A DNA stretch of 63,983 bases, counting the filler, from Basidiobolus ranarum (Eukaryota), in NCBI GenBank assembly GCA_040143965.1. It is 4 parts of 4 records of this genome, joined end to end, with 100 filler letters (N's around TTAATTAATTAA, not from the genome) between each part and the next. Parts side by side here need not be neighbours in the genome. Positions count along the whole stretch, not along the records: positions 1 to 16,326 come from JASJQH010000345.1; 3 more parts are not named here. The stretch is one strand, 5' to 3'. Shown here piece after piece: positions 1-13,454 of the stretch. Numbering within the stretch: position 1 is the first letter of the stretch; every line of letters begins with the position of its first letter. The notes below the pieces were generated by a model, which was given only the letters and a program-made list of their open reading frames with translations, was not told where the DNA came from and did not search any database. A program made the position numbers and the translations under genes.

Positions 1-9
1 TCGTTTCAG

Positions 10-385
10 AGTTCGTGAAAAGCTCGCCGCTAAGCGTAAGGGACGTCACACCGGTACTGGTAAGCGTAGAGGTACTGCTGAAGCTCGTAAGCCTCCTCAA
101 GTCCTATTGATGCGTCGCCAACGAGTTTTGAGACGTATGTTGAGAACGTACCGTGAAGCTGGAAAGATTGATAAACATTTGTATCACTCTCTCTACATGA
201 AATCCAAAGGTAACGTCTTCAAGAACAAGCGTGTCCTCATGGAGTTCATTCACAAGGCTAAGGCTGAGAAGCTTAGAGCTAAGCTCATCGCTGACCAAGC
301 TGAGGCTCATCGTCTCAAGTCTAAGGCTGCTCGTGAGCGTCGTGCTGAACGTGTTCAAGCCAAGAAGGAAGCCCTTCTTGTTTAA
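10..385 (+). CDS. RPL19: 60S ribosomal protein L19 (eL19), last exon; gene starts upstream of the window
   Basis: After the acceptor tttcag (ends at 9) the frame reads [26 protein letters not shown]...[53 protein letters not shown], the eL19 signature; AATAAA at ~445. Confidence 0.97.
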
Positions 386-1007
386 TCCATCAGCTTTGGA
401 ACTCTCACTTACTCACTCTGTCAATTAATCGGAACAACTAAAGCAATAAATTTATTATTCATGTTTAGAGTAATTCTGTAGTTTTTTATCTTCAATTCGA
501 AGTTTGTGTATATAGATATATGATAATCTCTGTGCTGATGCAAGTTAATAATAGGCCTGGAGATGATTTCTTAATTGTAGATCAGACTTTTAATACAGCC
601 CCTCAGGACTGCTTTTGGGTAAAAATATAATGAAACTATGTTAAAGCTACTCGGATAAAGATTATCCGAATGTGAAGTGTTGGATAGATGAATAAGGTGT
701 TAGGACTTGGGGGACGAAATAACTGCCTCCATTTGTTACAATAGTACAATTAGGGTGCTCTTTCCTAAAGAGTTGAAAGTTTGAATATTCTGAATGATGA
801 GAGGCGATATGGTAGGGAACAACGTTGCCCTGTAACAATAAAATGCTGGCTATGTGGTGGGCTGGGATACGAAGAGATAATAGATTGCTGTGACTTGGAG
901 ATATGCTTTCGTTAGATATTTTGTGTTAATAGTTGTGGACTACATCATTAGTAGGAATAGGTATACAGATGCATGAATACAAGGTAGATTGCCGCGTTCG
1001 ACACTGT

Positions 1008-2426
1008 TCATTTGGGTGCCACATAATCCTGAGTAAGGTCGATTCCCTCCAAGTGAGTATTGGTGATCTTGACTTTCCGGTTTCTGGCTTTTGCTTTCTT
1101 GTTCTTGGAATCGTCTGTTTTGGCTTTCTTTTCGAACACTTCCATCGTCTTGAGACCGGCTAAAAGAGTGGCATTCAGTAAGTTCAAACGATGGGCTGAT
1201 GTCGTAAACGTAAATGTGGTCAACAACATACCTTTCTCAAGCTCAGCAGGTAGATCAGTCTCGTCGGGTGCACGTAATTCATGCCACATTTGCTTGAAAT
1301 CTAACAGCAAATAGGGTCAATTTGATTGAAGCATCGGATAAAGAGTGTAGAAAATTACCTGCGTCGAAGTTGACGTTTAGCCTAGCGTCGTTGTAAAACA
1401 AAATGCGTGGAGTGTTGTCTTTGTTGCGAATTACATAAACCTGTCCTGATTCTACCAATTCCTAATGCAATCAGTTATTAAACAAGAAGATATAAATGTT
1501 TTTGTGGGCGGGGATAAACCTCGACAACTCCTTTGACGTCGATATAGGAGTCTTTGAGCTCTCTGACTTCCATCCCTCCTTCATCTTTTTTCTCTTGTAA
1601 GAGAGCTACCAGATCTTCCTTGTTTTTAATGTTGTAGGCCGGCTATGAACATTTGGAAGGTAAAACCCGAAATAAATTTGGTATTGGCTTTAAACCAACA
1701 ATTATCTCTCAACTAAAAAATACCCTGTATGAGAATGTATGGTTTTCGGAATCATAGTCGATCTTGTTGTTCTGAGTTATAGTACGATATAATTCAGGGT
1801 TGGCATCAAAATCAGCATTTACATGTCGTTTTAAATCCTCCGCCGTTTGAGGCTCTTCTACTGACTAATTTCGTAGATAAGGTGAACAAGCTATTCGGAG
1901 TTTCATTTTCTTTGAGAATTTCGAAAACTTACTTTAAGAAAGTTGATGACCGTATACACCATACTAAGCGTATGACGCCCACCTAACGTTGAACTGGAAT
2001 CCAGAATAACTATTGGACCAATAAGTAAGTGCCAGTAAGTAAAATATAAAATGTCTACAAACTAATCAAATATACAATGCAAATTATTGACACAAAGTAT
2101 CTAAAATTTAAGTATACTAGACTTGGTACAAGTCGAAGTACATTTAAATCGTAGTCAAAGCGACTTGTTCAGTCCGTACCAAAATCAGTGAACCATTCCC
2201 GTTATTTCTAGTAACTAAAATATCAAAACAATGAAATTTCCTTGGTCTGCTTGCCTTTTTTCGTTTTCTGCTTTTTCTTTGCAGGTTCCAAAACATCTTT
2301 GAGTTCACTTGGTACAGGTGTGAAACGGTTAGGTGGTGGTGGTCCAGATACTTGTGCTCTCTGGATTACTGGCTGTGCTGCCAATCTTTTCTTGAAAGCC
2401 TTTTGTTGTTCCAGTAAAGAGCCCAT
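1008..2426 (-). CDS. TFA2: Transcription initiation factor TFIIE beta subunit, multi-exon
   Basis: Spliced product MGSLLEQQKAFKKRL...VYTVINFLK/...NNKIDYDSENHTFSYR/PAYNIKNKEDLVALL..GGMEVRELKDSY/..ILFYND/..DFKQMWH..LPAELEKAGLK..RKVKITNTHLEG matches fungal TFIIE-beta. Confidence 0.9.
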
Positions 2427-2938
2427 GATATCTACTTTGTTTAAGTACACAGCTGACTGATAGAAGCGAAAGCACCAAAAGTCTACAGTTCAGGATTTTT
2501 GAAACAATTTCCCTTGATGAAACCTATTATATTTTTACATAACGCTATCCCCTGGCTTATATGTCTCTAGGGTAGTACTGTCATGATTTCGAGCTGGATT
2601 ATCCAAGATATATCTTATGAAGTATTGTGGCTCTTCAGGTTAAGCACGTTAAGTTTCGCTAAAATATCTATTTCGAGAGCCTACGATCTTTAATGCAAAC
2701 TGAGTGAACTCTAGGTAACTTATTGTGAAGTTAGCCTTTCAAACAATGATTAAACAAAATATGACTTCATGATTGGTCAAAAGAATTCAATCATTAAGCA
2801 CTGCTTTATTCTGAGATTCAATTTTCTTATGCTGTATAGAAATACCATACTCGTGTATACTAGTATTCAAGCATTCTTTGTTGTCGTCTTCGAAACCAGC
2901 TATATTACCGATCTTTGATTTGAAGGGTGCAACTGAAA

Positions 2939-5900
2939 ATGAAGATTGACATTAAAGTACGAATTTTTTTATTGAACGATGAACTTACTTTGATATGTCC
3001 GTTTCCGGTCTATATGGACATCTTTTTGATTCTTGGTTATTTTATAGAGAAAACTTTTATCTAGGTCCGACAGAGTTAAATGCATTGACCTTCATCCTAC
3101 CGAACCGTGGGTGATGGCCAGTCTATACAATGGCAATGTTTACATCTGGAATTATGAGACACAGGTATATTTTTCTTTCGTGTTGCAAACGTATAAGAAT
3201 TTCATCTGTTACGAGATGGCTGTATATACAGCTTCTTTCTTACGAGCGAAACCTCTCTTTGGGAGCAATATTATAATTATTTTATGGGTTTTTAGAGTCT
3301 AGTTAAAACTTTCGAAGTGACCGATCTACCAGGTTTGTGAACTCTATTGTTTTGTCATCTTCACGAAATTTAGAGTTTAGAGTTAGATAATCGGAAAACT
3401 TGTGTTTATAAATAGATGCCGCTATTCAACTCTTGCTTTAATATGTAGTTCGTGCCACTAAATTCATTGCAAGAAAGAATTGGCTCATCGCTGGTTCTGA
3501 CGATATGCAACTTCGTGTGATCAATTACAATACTCACGAGAAGGTAACCAGCTTCGACGCTCACGCAGATTATATACGTAGTATTGCTGTTCATCCGACA
3601 CAACCCTATGTGCTCAGTAGTAGTGATGATATGACTATTAAGTTGTGGAATTGGGAGATGGGATGGAAATGCATGCAGGTGGGTTTATGAGACCAACGAA
3701 AATGTATTGCCACAATTTGAGCTAAGCACAAATATTCATTTCTCAGGTCTTTGAGGGTCACTCTCATTATGTTATGATGGTCAACTTCAACCCTAAAGAT
3801 ACCAATACTTTTGCCAGTGCTTCCCTTGATAAAACCATAAAGGTACTTTGATACAGTCGATAAGGGACAATGCTGGCCATTCATTCACATCTTTCTTCAA
3901 GGTTTGGAACATTGGATCCTCAGTGGCAAACTTCACACTTGAAGGCCATGAAAAAGGAGTCAACAGTGTTGATTATTACAGTGGCGGTGACAAGCCTTAC
4001 TTAGTATCTGGGGCTGATGACAAGTTAGTGTCTGTTTCTCCGCGATTGACATTTCATTTCATATTGACCATTGTTTACCAAAAGGCTTGTTAAGATCTGG
4101 GATTATCAAAATAAGAGTTGCGTTCAAACTTTAGAAGGGCATTCCCAGAATGTATCTGCGGCTTGCTTCCATCCTGAATTGCCTGTTATCTTAACTGCTA
4201 GTGAAGATGGTTACTAGATTCTATCTATTCCGCATTTGAAGCTCTTAGATACTAATCTTATCTCCTCCATAGGATCCGTTAAAATCTGGCATGCTAACAC
4301 TTACCGTATTGAGAACACCCTCAATTACGGCTTAGACCGTGGGTGGGTGTTGGCCTACCAAAGAGGTTCGAACAATATTGGTATTGGTTACGATGAAGGA
4401 GCTGTGGTCATCAAGGTAGACGCCTCGCATTATAATTATTTTTTGTGTGTCAGAACGAAATGCTGATGCTAACCTTTATCTCAGCTTGGTCGTGAAGAAC
4501 CCGCTATTAGTATGGATAATGGTGGTAAAATCATTTGGGCTAAACACAATGAAATCTTGACTACAAATGTCAAGGCGGGATTAGGTATTCATTTGGTTTC
4601 TTACTTTGTTGCTTGGTATGTTACTAAACAGACCGACATTGGGCTTTGTAGACAATTCCGTTAACGAAGGTGAGCGTATAACTCTCCCCGCTAAAGATCT
4701 TGGAAGTTGTGAGGTGTACCCTCAAACCCTCCAACATAGCCCCAATGGAAGGTACTATGACTCTTGTTAAATCAGTTGAATGGTCCATTCCCTAAAGGTT
4801 TCATATTATCGATATTAGATTCGTGGTTGTCTGTGGTGATGGTGAATATATTATATATACTGCTCTTGCTTGGAGAAATAAGAGTTTTGGACGTGCTTTA
4901 GAGTTTGTATGGGCTACAGAATCTAATGAGTAAGTAGGAGCTCGTGTAAGTCACACATCAAATCAATTCTAAAATGTATATACCTGGGTTCGATAGGTAT
5001 GCTATTCAGGAATCTTCTAGCTGTGTGAAGATCTATAACAAGAATTTCAAAGAAAAGACTGGCCTGTTATCACATATAAAATTCTCAATCGAGGGGATAT
5101 TTGGCGGTGTACTCCTTGGAGTGCGTAGCTCATCCTTCCTCAATTTCTACGATTGGGAAACTGGAGGTTTAGTCAGACGCATTGACGTGGTTGCCAAAAA
5201 TGTTTACTGGTCTGAAGCTGGAGATCTTATGACCATTGCATCCGAGGATTCTTTCTTCGTCTTGAGATTCAACCGTTCGGCATACAATCAATTCATCGAA
5301 AGTGGGGGAGATCCAGAAGATGAAGGTGTTGAGGAGGCTTTGGAGTTTGTCACCGAGGTCGCTGAGAATATCAAAACTGGGTATTGGATCGGGGATTGCT
5401 TTATATATACCAATTCATTGAATCGTTTGAACTATTTGGTTGGTGGACAAGTTAATACTATTGCTCATTTTGATGTCAATATGTACCTTCTTGGTTATAT
5501 TCCCCGCGACAGTCGTGTTTACCTCGCAGACAAAGATGCCAATGTATATAGCTATATCCTTTCGTTGACCGTAGTTGAGTACCAAACCGCCATTCTTCGT
5601 GGAGATATTGAAACTGCCGATAGTTTGTTGCCTGAAATTAGCAAAGATCAAAGAAACCGTGTTGCTAGATTTTTAGAAAGTCAAGACCTTAAAGAATTGG
5701 CTCTTGAAATCTCCACCGATAATGAGCATAAATTCGATCTTGCTCTGCAGTTAAATCGATTGGAATATGCCCTAGAGATTGCCAAAATAACTGAATCTGA
5801 GAGTAAATGGAGAACTCTAGGTGATGTTGCTTTAAGTAACTGGAAATTCAACCTTGCTGAAGAATGCCTTAAAAAAGCGAACGACTTCAGTGGTCTACTA

Positions 5901-6912
5901 CTTATGTACACTGCGTATGGTAATACCGAAGGGATGCAAGAACTTGCCCAAAAAGCTGTTGATGAGAGTAAAAACAATATTGCCTTTTCATGCTACTGGG
6001 CTTTAGGCGAACTTGAAAACTGCTTGAATATTCTAATTAACACCGATAGAATTCCTGAAGCTGCTTTCTTCGCTAGAACCTACCTTCCCAGGTAAAACCA
6101 ACTATTTTTTATATCCAAATTGAATTGGCTTGAGTGTATTAATTCAACTCATGATATATAGCCAAATTTCCAAAGTGGTTACTTTATGGAAAGAAAGCCT
6201 CGTTGATGCTAACAAACCAAAGATAGCCGACTCTCTTGCCGATCCACAAGAACATGAAGAGTTGTTTACCGAATATAAGGATGTAAGTCTTATCAGGCCT
6301 TTTTGTAGCGCATTATTGCTTCGTCTCTGACATGTTAGCTATAGGCTCTATTCGCCGAAGAAGCGGCCAGAAACAGCAACACTAAAGTCCCCTGTACAGC
6401 GTATTTTGCACACGAAAATAGTCATCCAACAGGTAAAGCGTCTACTCTTGTTTATTTTTACTATATAACACGTGTAGTTATTAAATTCCCGTAATATTTT
6501 CATAGGACCAATGGAAAGCAGTATGCTTGATGATCGCTCCTTCACTCATAACCGGGAGAACGAGAATGGAGCTATACATGAAGACGAGGTTTGTAGTTCA
6601 ACATTATTACAAATTGCAAGCAGCAATTGATTAACTTATTATCTTTAATACTCAACTACTTAGTTATTGTCTGTGCCTGATGATGAGCGTATTCTTGACG
6701 ACACCATGAGCCTTTTGAGTTTAGAAGGTAACCATTTCTAGTTCTAGTATATCCATGGAGGCCACAATGATTTATATTTCATCTGCTTGTTTATTGCAGT
6801 AAATACCACCGGTACAGGCTCAATTCGTGGCGATGTAGATTTTGACGATAATTCATCTCAAGCAACTCAAGAGCCCGACTCTGGTTTAGCTTTGAGATCC
6901 GACAAAGAATAA
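2939..6912 (+). CDS. SEC27: Coatomer subunit beta' (WD40 repeats plus coatomer alpha-solenoid), multi-exon
   Basis: [91 protein letters not shown]; many GT-AG introns; stop TAA at 6910-6912. A short upstream exon cannot be excluded. Confidence 0.96.
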
Positions 6913-9900
6913 GTTATGAAGATGGCATTCTGTATGGGCTTACCCTTGCTTAACTTTGTGATGTATATTTTTATCGTTACTATCTTGCGAGTGAGGCATA
7001 GGTGATAGAAATATAGGAATGCATGTGAATTATCTTCCAACGTAAACGTACCCAATTTGAAAATACATGAATATATCATCTCAACTTTCCCCTGAATATT
7101 ATCATCCATTTGTTACTGTTTGTATTTCCATTCATTTTTGTGGTCAATGACTTGCTAAAGTTTCTGATAAAAAAAGGCAAATCACAAATTGATTGACACT
7201 TGGCAAGGTCACGAGGGTTTGTAACACTTATTTCTATACTTTGTACCTCTGTTAAGGAACAGATATGAAGTTGATCCCTCAACCATCCCCAACATTTCGT
7301 GGTATGTGCGGATCTATGTCTTGTGCGACCTACTCACTTGTGATCAACCAAATACGAGTTTAACGGAATATCGAGGGGGTTAAACCAGAAAGAAATATAG
7401 AGATCACACCAGTTTCATCCTGAAGAAATGTGTATAGCGGGAGGCTGTCATGACATAGATGGTAATATGTCTCGTACATATCCACAAATTCAGACAGATC
7501 AGTAATTAAGTATCGACGTGTACTTCATTTATGCTTACTTGCTTCCAATGCAGTTAATCTAGCCTGGTGCAAAACGGAGATATTCGAACCGATATAGTCA
7601 CTAGCTATAGATACATTAGATGGGTTATGTGCATCAAACCCAATACTCTGACTCAATATTTGCTACTTGAGTGAAGGTGTAGTATAGAATGGTGTGGGCG
7701 GATGTAGATATTGTTTGATGCTCTTGTATTTACTATGAATAACGTTTTAATCAAATGTACATTTGAAGATGGATTACGAAACAAGTGATATCTAGGATGA
7801 CGCATATCGACTAGTGACATACCAACTGTACTTTGATACCACATCGTGGGCTTGCAGAGCTCCATTATACTTTGCCTTAAGGATCTACTGAGATTTGAAT
7901 GATGTAACGGGAGCAAGCACAGTGGCTACTCTCTAAATTGGATTGACTTTGCTCTACCTTGCAATTAAGGTACGGGATATCTTCAATCGTCAACTCGGCA
8001 CACAAACTCCGTATACTCATCGAATGGGAAATATGGAGTTTCCCATCCGATTTTATGAACTTCCAACCTCCGTAAACCGATTGGACAATCGGATTCACGG
8101 CACTTGAACTACACGGTTCTGTTATTGCGTAGATACTGGATTTATATTACCACACAATAACAACCGTAAGCACTTACTTGGGTAATAGAATGACTCTTGA
8201 AGGATCAGTGATTACAGGTCGAAAGTGCCTCAGTATCGACATCAATATTCTGCTTCATACCGGAGGCAAGATCGCATTCCCGCAAACCCTCATTAATTGC
8301 TAGTATACATAGTACTGGTCATGGATTGTTGAATGAAAACTACCCGGACCAATCAATAGCTGGCCGTTAATGGGAATGATGGGCGATATACATGGGGTTA
8401 GAGAGATCATTAACATTGGTATCAATGATTTCAGATGATTGTTGACGTTCCATGTATGCAACAACAAACATGTAGTGAGAGAGAGAGAGAGGTGTAATTG
8501 TTTGAATAGGCTATAGATCATCAACCAGCTATAAATATCGATATCCACTGACTCCAGAATACCCGTCAATGCGGTTTCTCTTTAAATACATAATACCTTA
8601 ACCAGCTTCTGTGAATATTTTACTCCCTCTTACCACTAAATAAACTTATATAATGAAGATTGCTATGGACAAGTCGCTTCTCTGCTCCACAAGATTCTCA
8701 GTTACCACATACTACACAAGTGACCAGCATTCATCTCGTATTCAATGTAGACACAGTCGTCGTCAGACACTGAATCAACGTACTAATTATCTGACCTGTC
8801 GTACCATTGATGGCTATGAATCCTGTCCACCCAGAGAGCCAAGAAACCCCGGTGAAGCCTGCCCTTTATACTAAACCCGTATATGAAAGGGTGAATGAGA
8901 GATCACGCCTAACTTCCTACTTTAATCTAAGTTAAACCTTGATTCCCCTTTAGTTAAGATTCCGATTAACCGATAGCATAGATTCGAAGAAACCATTCAC
9001 CCTGTGCTCTGTACATAACCACCTTTATATATAGTGATCTATTTATGCTTGTACATTACCCTCTGCTGCCTATATCCGATGGAATTATCCCTTTATTATA
9101 TCAAAGTCTCGAGCAATATGAACCCTACGCTTCTGACTACTAACCCACTACTACTATCTTAAATAAACCAAGCTATTGTAAGATCTAATCGCACTGGATG
9201 AACCAACAGTCTGGTACTCTATGATGGATCATAGCCTCCAGTAGCTACCACGATTGCGGAAGCATTTAGTGTTGCTCACGATGTAGATCAATATCATCGC
9301 CTCCAATCACTTCTTGACGCATGTGACAACATTCTCTAGTGCTTCAAGCGGTGACTTAATGAGGGTTGCAGTTTAGATGAAAGTCTTAGTTGATTCACGC
9401 AAACAGGTACTTAATACTGCGCAGTCAAACAGGTGTTAATGCATGAGTCTGTATTGTTTACCCATGCTCTAGAACAATACTACGACTATTAAGGTCAATC
9501 AGACTTACAAAAACGGATCTGTAACCAGTATCCAGCGGTTTCATCTTCGGAACGACACCCGATTTTGGAATGGAGCCTAGAATAAGAAGCCAGTACCTAT
9601 TATCTTATTTTAGCAGTTTATCGATGCTTCAAATGAACTAATTAGAGAATTTGAATTCAGTATTCAGCTGTTAACTCGTCTCCTTTGTCACAACCACTTG
9701 CATCCTGTGCTAGCCATGGAAATTGGACTTTTTTATACCCAACGATCCGAGAAGCCTTATCTTTCTCTGTGTAGGGGCTCACTCTCCCTCTTCACGCAAT
9801 TTCACCATCCCATAGATTCCGTGCCAATGGAGGGAGATGTATTCCGGCCCTTTTGGGGGTGTGGGCGTTTCCTCTTAATTCTTAGGTGAGATAAAGGTAA

Positions 9901-11000
9901 TTCTTTCCTGGTTGGCGTTTATGCTACCAAATCCAGTTAGTTAGTGATAAGCAAAAAGTATTTTGATCTGCCAATCTCTCCACAGTCACTGAATATTCGT
10001 ACAGCTAGCTCCAACACTTGTTTTCACTACCCAGTTGCTGTCATGGAACTACACTCTTTATCTAGATATATCGGACTTCTCTCCTGTTAGTCCAACGTAA
10101 AATATCTGAAGAGCTCCCAGTAGTGAGCCGAACACTAAACGCAACCCGATTCGACGAAAGGGCAACTCTACTAGATTTAAAAATCTTTTGGAAACAATAA
10201 AAGTGCTCCATTTCGTGTAACTAACTGTTCACAAATCTTTATTATTCTGACACTCTTGACATCCATGGCACGTCTAGTGTGCAGGCAGCCTTGTTCCTAA
10301 ATGGTTTGTTCTATTCGTTGCTATTTCCCTCATCTTATTCTGATCGATCATCAGTATCCGCAGCTTCCGCAATGTAAATGTGCATAACCTTAGATGGTGG
10401 TGCAGCTATTCCTCCCATATCATATCTAAGCTTCCCTTGCTATCGGGCCCGAGATCCGCAGCTCCATTTCTTTTATTAATCTCATTTAGTATGATGCTGC
10501 ACTCGGTCAAAATTCATATTAATCTTAATGTAAAATATACAGCAAAGGGCCGAGCTTGATATCCCTATTTTTGAGCCGCGTTACTATTGGTGCTGGATTT
10601 TCTTGGCAGAACTTTGAATGGAACCTATTGTAAAAACGGACCACAGGTATTAGCTGATTTGAGATGGCTACATTCTTGATGGTTGATATAAATTTATCCA
10701 GGACATGGAAATCCAAGTATTATATCCATGCCATTTCACAGTAAACGAAATCAGGATATTTATTGTTTTTCCGATATCCTTCACAGATCGTTGAACAGCA
10801 AGTTATAAACATTTAAAGGATTCAGTAGGATTCATCATCTTTCTCGAGTTCCTTTTTTTCAATCATTTCATTGTCACCAGCATTTTTTCAATTTTGATAT
10901 TGTATCCTTATATCTAATTGCTTCCATAACTCTTCAAATATTTGGAAATACTTTTGGTGATGTTAAGTATTTGTAGCAATTATTACTTTGAGAAATTACT

Positions 11001-13454
11001 ATGAACAAATCTACTGCTGAAAACCCTCCATCTTCCACACATGGTAGCACTCTCAAAAAACCAAGAGCAACTCGCGCTTGTGACATTTGTCGCAAAAAAA
11101 AGGTGAAATGTGACAGTCTCAAACCCTCATGTACCAACTGCACCATGTTTGGATACGCCTGCACCTATTTAGATAAACCAAAAAAGAGAGGCCCACAGGC
11201 TTCAAACCCCAAAACACTAGAAGTTCGTCTCAAACGTATTGAATCTGCTCTTACAATTCTGCTTGAAAACGACTCTCTGTCTGCCTCTAGTTCAGTTATT
11301 GAGGAATTGGCTTCGATCAGAAGTGCTGGTAGAGCTCTAAACGAAGGAAGTGAGGTATGAGTGAAAAAGAACACCTCAGAGATTCATTATACATTTGTAT
11401 TTATATAGCAAACTTACTTATCACAGGAACAATACTCAAAGGAAAGCTCTTCTAGTGATGAGTACCAGGAACTTGAAGAGGAATTTACCCAACTTGCTAT
11501 TCAAGAGCAGTCAAGATACAAATATTTTGGTAGTAGTTCAGGAATCTATTTATTAGAGGGTGGTAATTATCACGTTAATGGCGTTTTCCAAAAACTGAAT
11601 GAGCTGATCAAATGTCCCGAGTTGCTTAAGCTTCCTGGACCCGATTTCCCTACCAAAGAAATTGAAGAACAACTCCTCGATGTTTACTTTACAAGATCTC
11701 ATCCTTATTTTCCGGTATTCAACAAGGGAGGATTTCTTCAACGTTTGAAATCTGGCAAAGAAGTTTCACAAGTTTTACTCAACGCTATTTATGCTGTAAG
11801 TAGCATGCTGGAAGGACTCACCGTGTACAAAGATACCGAAATCTCACGATCAGCGGTCATTTTTTTCTTCACACGAGCCAAAACTGAATTGGATAAACAA
11901 TATCACTTCTCCTCTCTTTATACCATCCAAGGGCTTTTGCTTATGTCATTCAACCCTGCAGGTGGATGGCTTTATTTAGGTATGGCTGTGAGAATGGCAC
12001 AAGATTTGGGACTCCACAGAAATATCGAGTCAGACAGCTTGGACCCTATTGAGAAACAAAATCGCAAACTAGCTTGGTGGTCCTGCGTTGTATTCGATCG
12101 ATATCATAGTGCTATGGGCGGTAAACCTTTGGCCATCAATGAGAATGATTTCGACACCACTCTCCCCATGGACCTTGGTTTGAAAGATAGGGGAGATATC
12201 AGCCCTGGATCTGGCACATCATTTAGATATTTTACTCAATGTGTTCGCTTGACTATGATGATTAGTAAGATTATCCGAGTGATTTATGTGCCTCGTAGTG
12301 GAGCTAAACACAAATCGAACACCAACCTATGGTCCTTGAACAAATCTCTGAGTGATTGGGAGTCCTCAATAGGACCAGAATTCCAAATCCAGTTCGACAA
12401 CTGCGAAAACATTACTTCGTATTCGTGCTTACTTAACTTGTTTTACCAATACGCTGTCATCCTATTGAACCGACCCTTTATCCCTCGCTCTCAAGACAAG
12501 CATGATGGCAGAGCATCCAAGAATCCCGCTCAGCTCATTTGCGAGAAGGCTGCTAGTCGTATCACATGGATCTCTCATCATACTCCAGTTGAGTGGCAAC
12601 TATACGGTATCTCCGTGAAGCCCGGTCTCTTATTCTCTGCAAGCACCATTCATTTGATCAACGCAATGTCTAGCGACGAAGACCTTGCCCGAGTAGCAAA
12701 AATCAATTTCTCGGCTAATTTACGAATCATGAGGAAGGTTGCCGATATCTTCTTTGGTGGGCGCCATCTTCTAATGGTTTTAGAAGATTTGGCTAAAGAA
12801 CGCGGTCTTAATGACTTGGGCGACATTGTACAGGAGCCCATATTATATGACCCACCAAAAGCCTCTTTGTCTCCGGATATATCTCAAAAACTGCCTCGCA
12901 GAACTGATTCCGGATCTGTAATAGTTTTACCACAACACACTCCCTTAGACTCCTTGGATACATTCTGCAATGGTAACGTTCAACGAGTTAACTCTGAATC
13001 CAGCATCTCTTCACCCTCTAGTTGCCGTGATTCTGTAACTACGCCACAGGCATACACTGGGCCGAATAACTTGAATTGGGCACCCAACGGAGTCTCCACC
13101 TCATTGTCTACAGTCGATATATACGGAAATGAACAGTTTAACATCGCTGAACCGATATATCAGTATCATAGCGTTCCAAATATGGCGCCACTTAATCTTT
13201 TTGAGAACAATCTGAATCTATATCCTCCGCATGATCCTGCTTCTCTATCGAACAGCGCTCAACCAGCACCTGTGACCAGAGATGTAAATGAATTCCCGGC
13301 GTATCAAATGCCCACTTCCAACGAAAGGGATATTGATATTCAAAGTCCTAATGGCGATGCACCAGTACTGAATTTACTACAGATGGAGGTCGACTTTGAC
13401 GATTGGAATAATTACCTGAATCAATTTGGTCAATTCAACTCAAACACCATTTAG
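11001..13454 (+). CDS. Zn(II)2Cys6 fungal transcription factor with fungal-specific TF middle homology domain; exons 11001-11354 and 11427-13454
   Basis: ACDICRKKKVKCD..KPSCTNC....CTY..PKKRGP zinc cluster; YFGSSSG; GMAVRMAQDLGLHR; RKLAWWSCVVFDR; intron GT 11355..AG 11426 keeps the frame. Confidence 0.95.

Noticed and set aside
651-669. TCGGATAA-aga-TTATCCGA hairpin between RPL19 and TFA2
   Set aside because: A single 8-bp inverted repeat is expected by chance in 64 kb
2010-2254. Intronic snoRNA in the long TFA2 intron
   Set aside because: No convincing C box with terminal stem, and no H/ACA layout
8653-8874. 73-aa ORF with a Cys-containing C-terminus
   Set aside because: No signal peptide, homology or paralogue support; chance ORF or relic
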